This document shows positions 63,401 through 64,000 of a stretch of 64,000 bases of DNA, one piece after another. Origin of the DNA: Takakia lepidozioides. Its lineage: Eukaryota > Plantae > Bryophyta. Where the stretch lies: positions 22,816,001-22,880,000 of the forward strand of contig CM060733.1 in assembly GCA_030704615.1 (NCBI GenBank), given 5' to 3'. The first letter of the stretch is position 1. Every line of letters starts with the position of its first letter. Made by a program: the position numbers and the translations under genes. The notes under the pieces are model-generated. The model saw only the letters and a program-made list of their open reading frames with translations. It was not told the DNA's origin and did not search any database.

Positions 63401-64000
63401 GGCAGCATCCAGGGATTTCTCACGTCTATCCTGCGTTCGGAAGGGAAAGGTGAGAAGCCTCATTTTGTACAGCAGAAAATCACTAGGATTGTTTGTGGAT
63501 GTAAGTCGATCCAGCATTTTACTCCAACTCTGTGTGCATACAATGGAATACGTTTTAAATCAATCCCTGATATCCTTTCACGATTGCAGTTTAAATTTTA
63601 GTAGATCTTGCCGTTTGTTTGACCTGTTTCAGGGTTTCCAACAATATGTGAGCCAGCGGGGTAAAAGTGTATGAAAGGCAGATGTATTATATTACGAGAA
63701 GTTTATAATTAAAGAATCTAATTCACGACGCAGCCATTCGATGATCCGTTTGCAAGACAAATTTTGCAAACAAATCTTACAGCACATACGGCAATTGCGA
63801 AAGCCATGATCATGTGGTACCATCTGAAACTCCGGCACTCTCTCTGGAGCTTCAGCTGTTGTTTCTATTCCTGATTACTCTTACAGCCCCAACGTAAATG
63901 GAACCCACTGACAGTAGTCCGCAGCAGTTGATGGAAGTTCTTACTCCCAAAGCTCATGCCGATTAGACGGAGGGTTCACCATTGCCACTCTCAGCCCTGT

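Overview
Repeat-rich eukaryotic DNA from a land plant, probably a seed-free one (spliceosomal GT-AG introns, PLS/DYW-type PPR remnants, Ty3/Gypsy, CACTA and LINE debris, one intact subfamily-VIII bHLH gene at 58971-60485). The main feature is a pair of related, oppositely oriented large Mutator-like (MULE) DNA transposons. Element B (32900-48510, ~15.6 kb) is complete, with short CATGAGC-rich terminal inverted repeats and a CCCACACA(T/G) target-site duplication. It encodes (i) a transposase with GCM-like, DDE and SWIM domains, (ii) a divergently transcribed 10-exon gene fusing a ParB/Srx-like domain (VWDGNHR) to a beta-class amino-methyltransferase-like domain, and (iii) a head-to-head pair of small unknown paralogues mirrored around a palindrome. 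Dozens of 22-bp palindromes (GGAAATGCGGYRCCGCATTTCC) fill its non-coding DNA and three introns, and in the main array they recur with a near-exact 53-bp period. Element A (<1-8121, cut by the window edge and inserted in a Gypsy integrase) has the same layout over the visible part but a compensatorily changed palindrome (GGAAATTCGGCGCCGAATTTCC). Together these suggest an element-specific protein/binding-site system (parS-like, or anti-silencing like VANDAL/VANC) that I do not recognise as described. All protein assignments come from motifs read by eye; no searches were run. Some frameshifts may be assembly errors.
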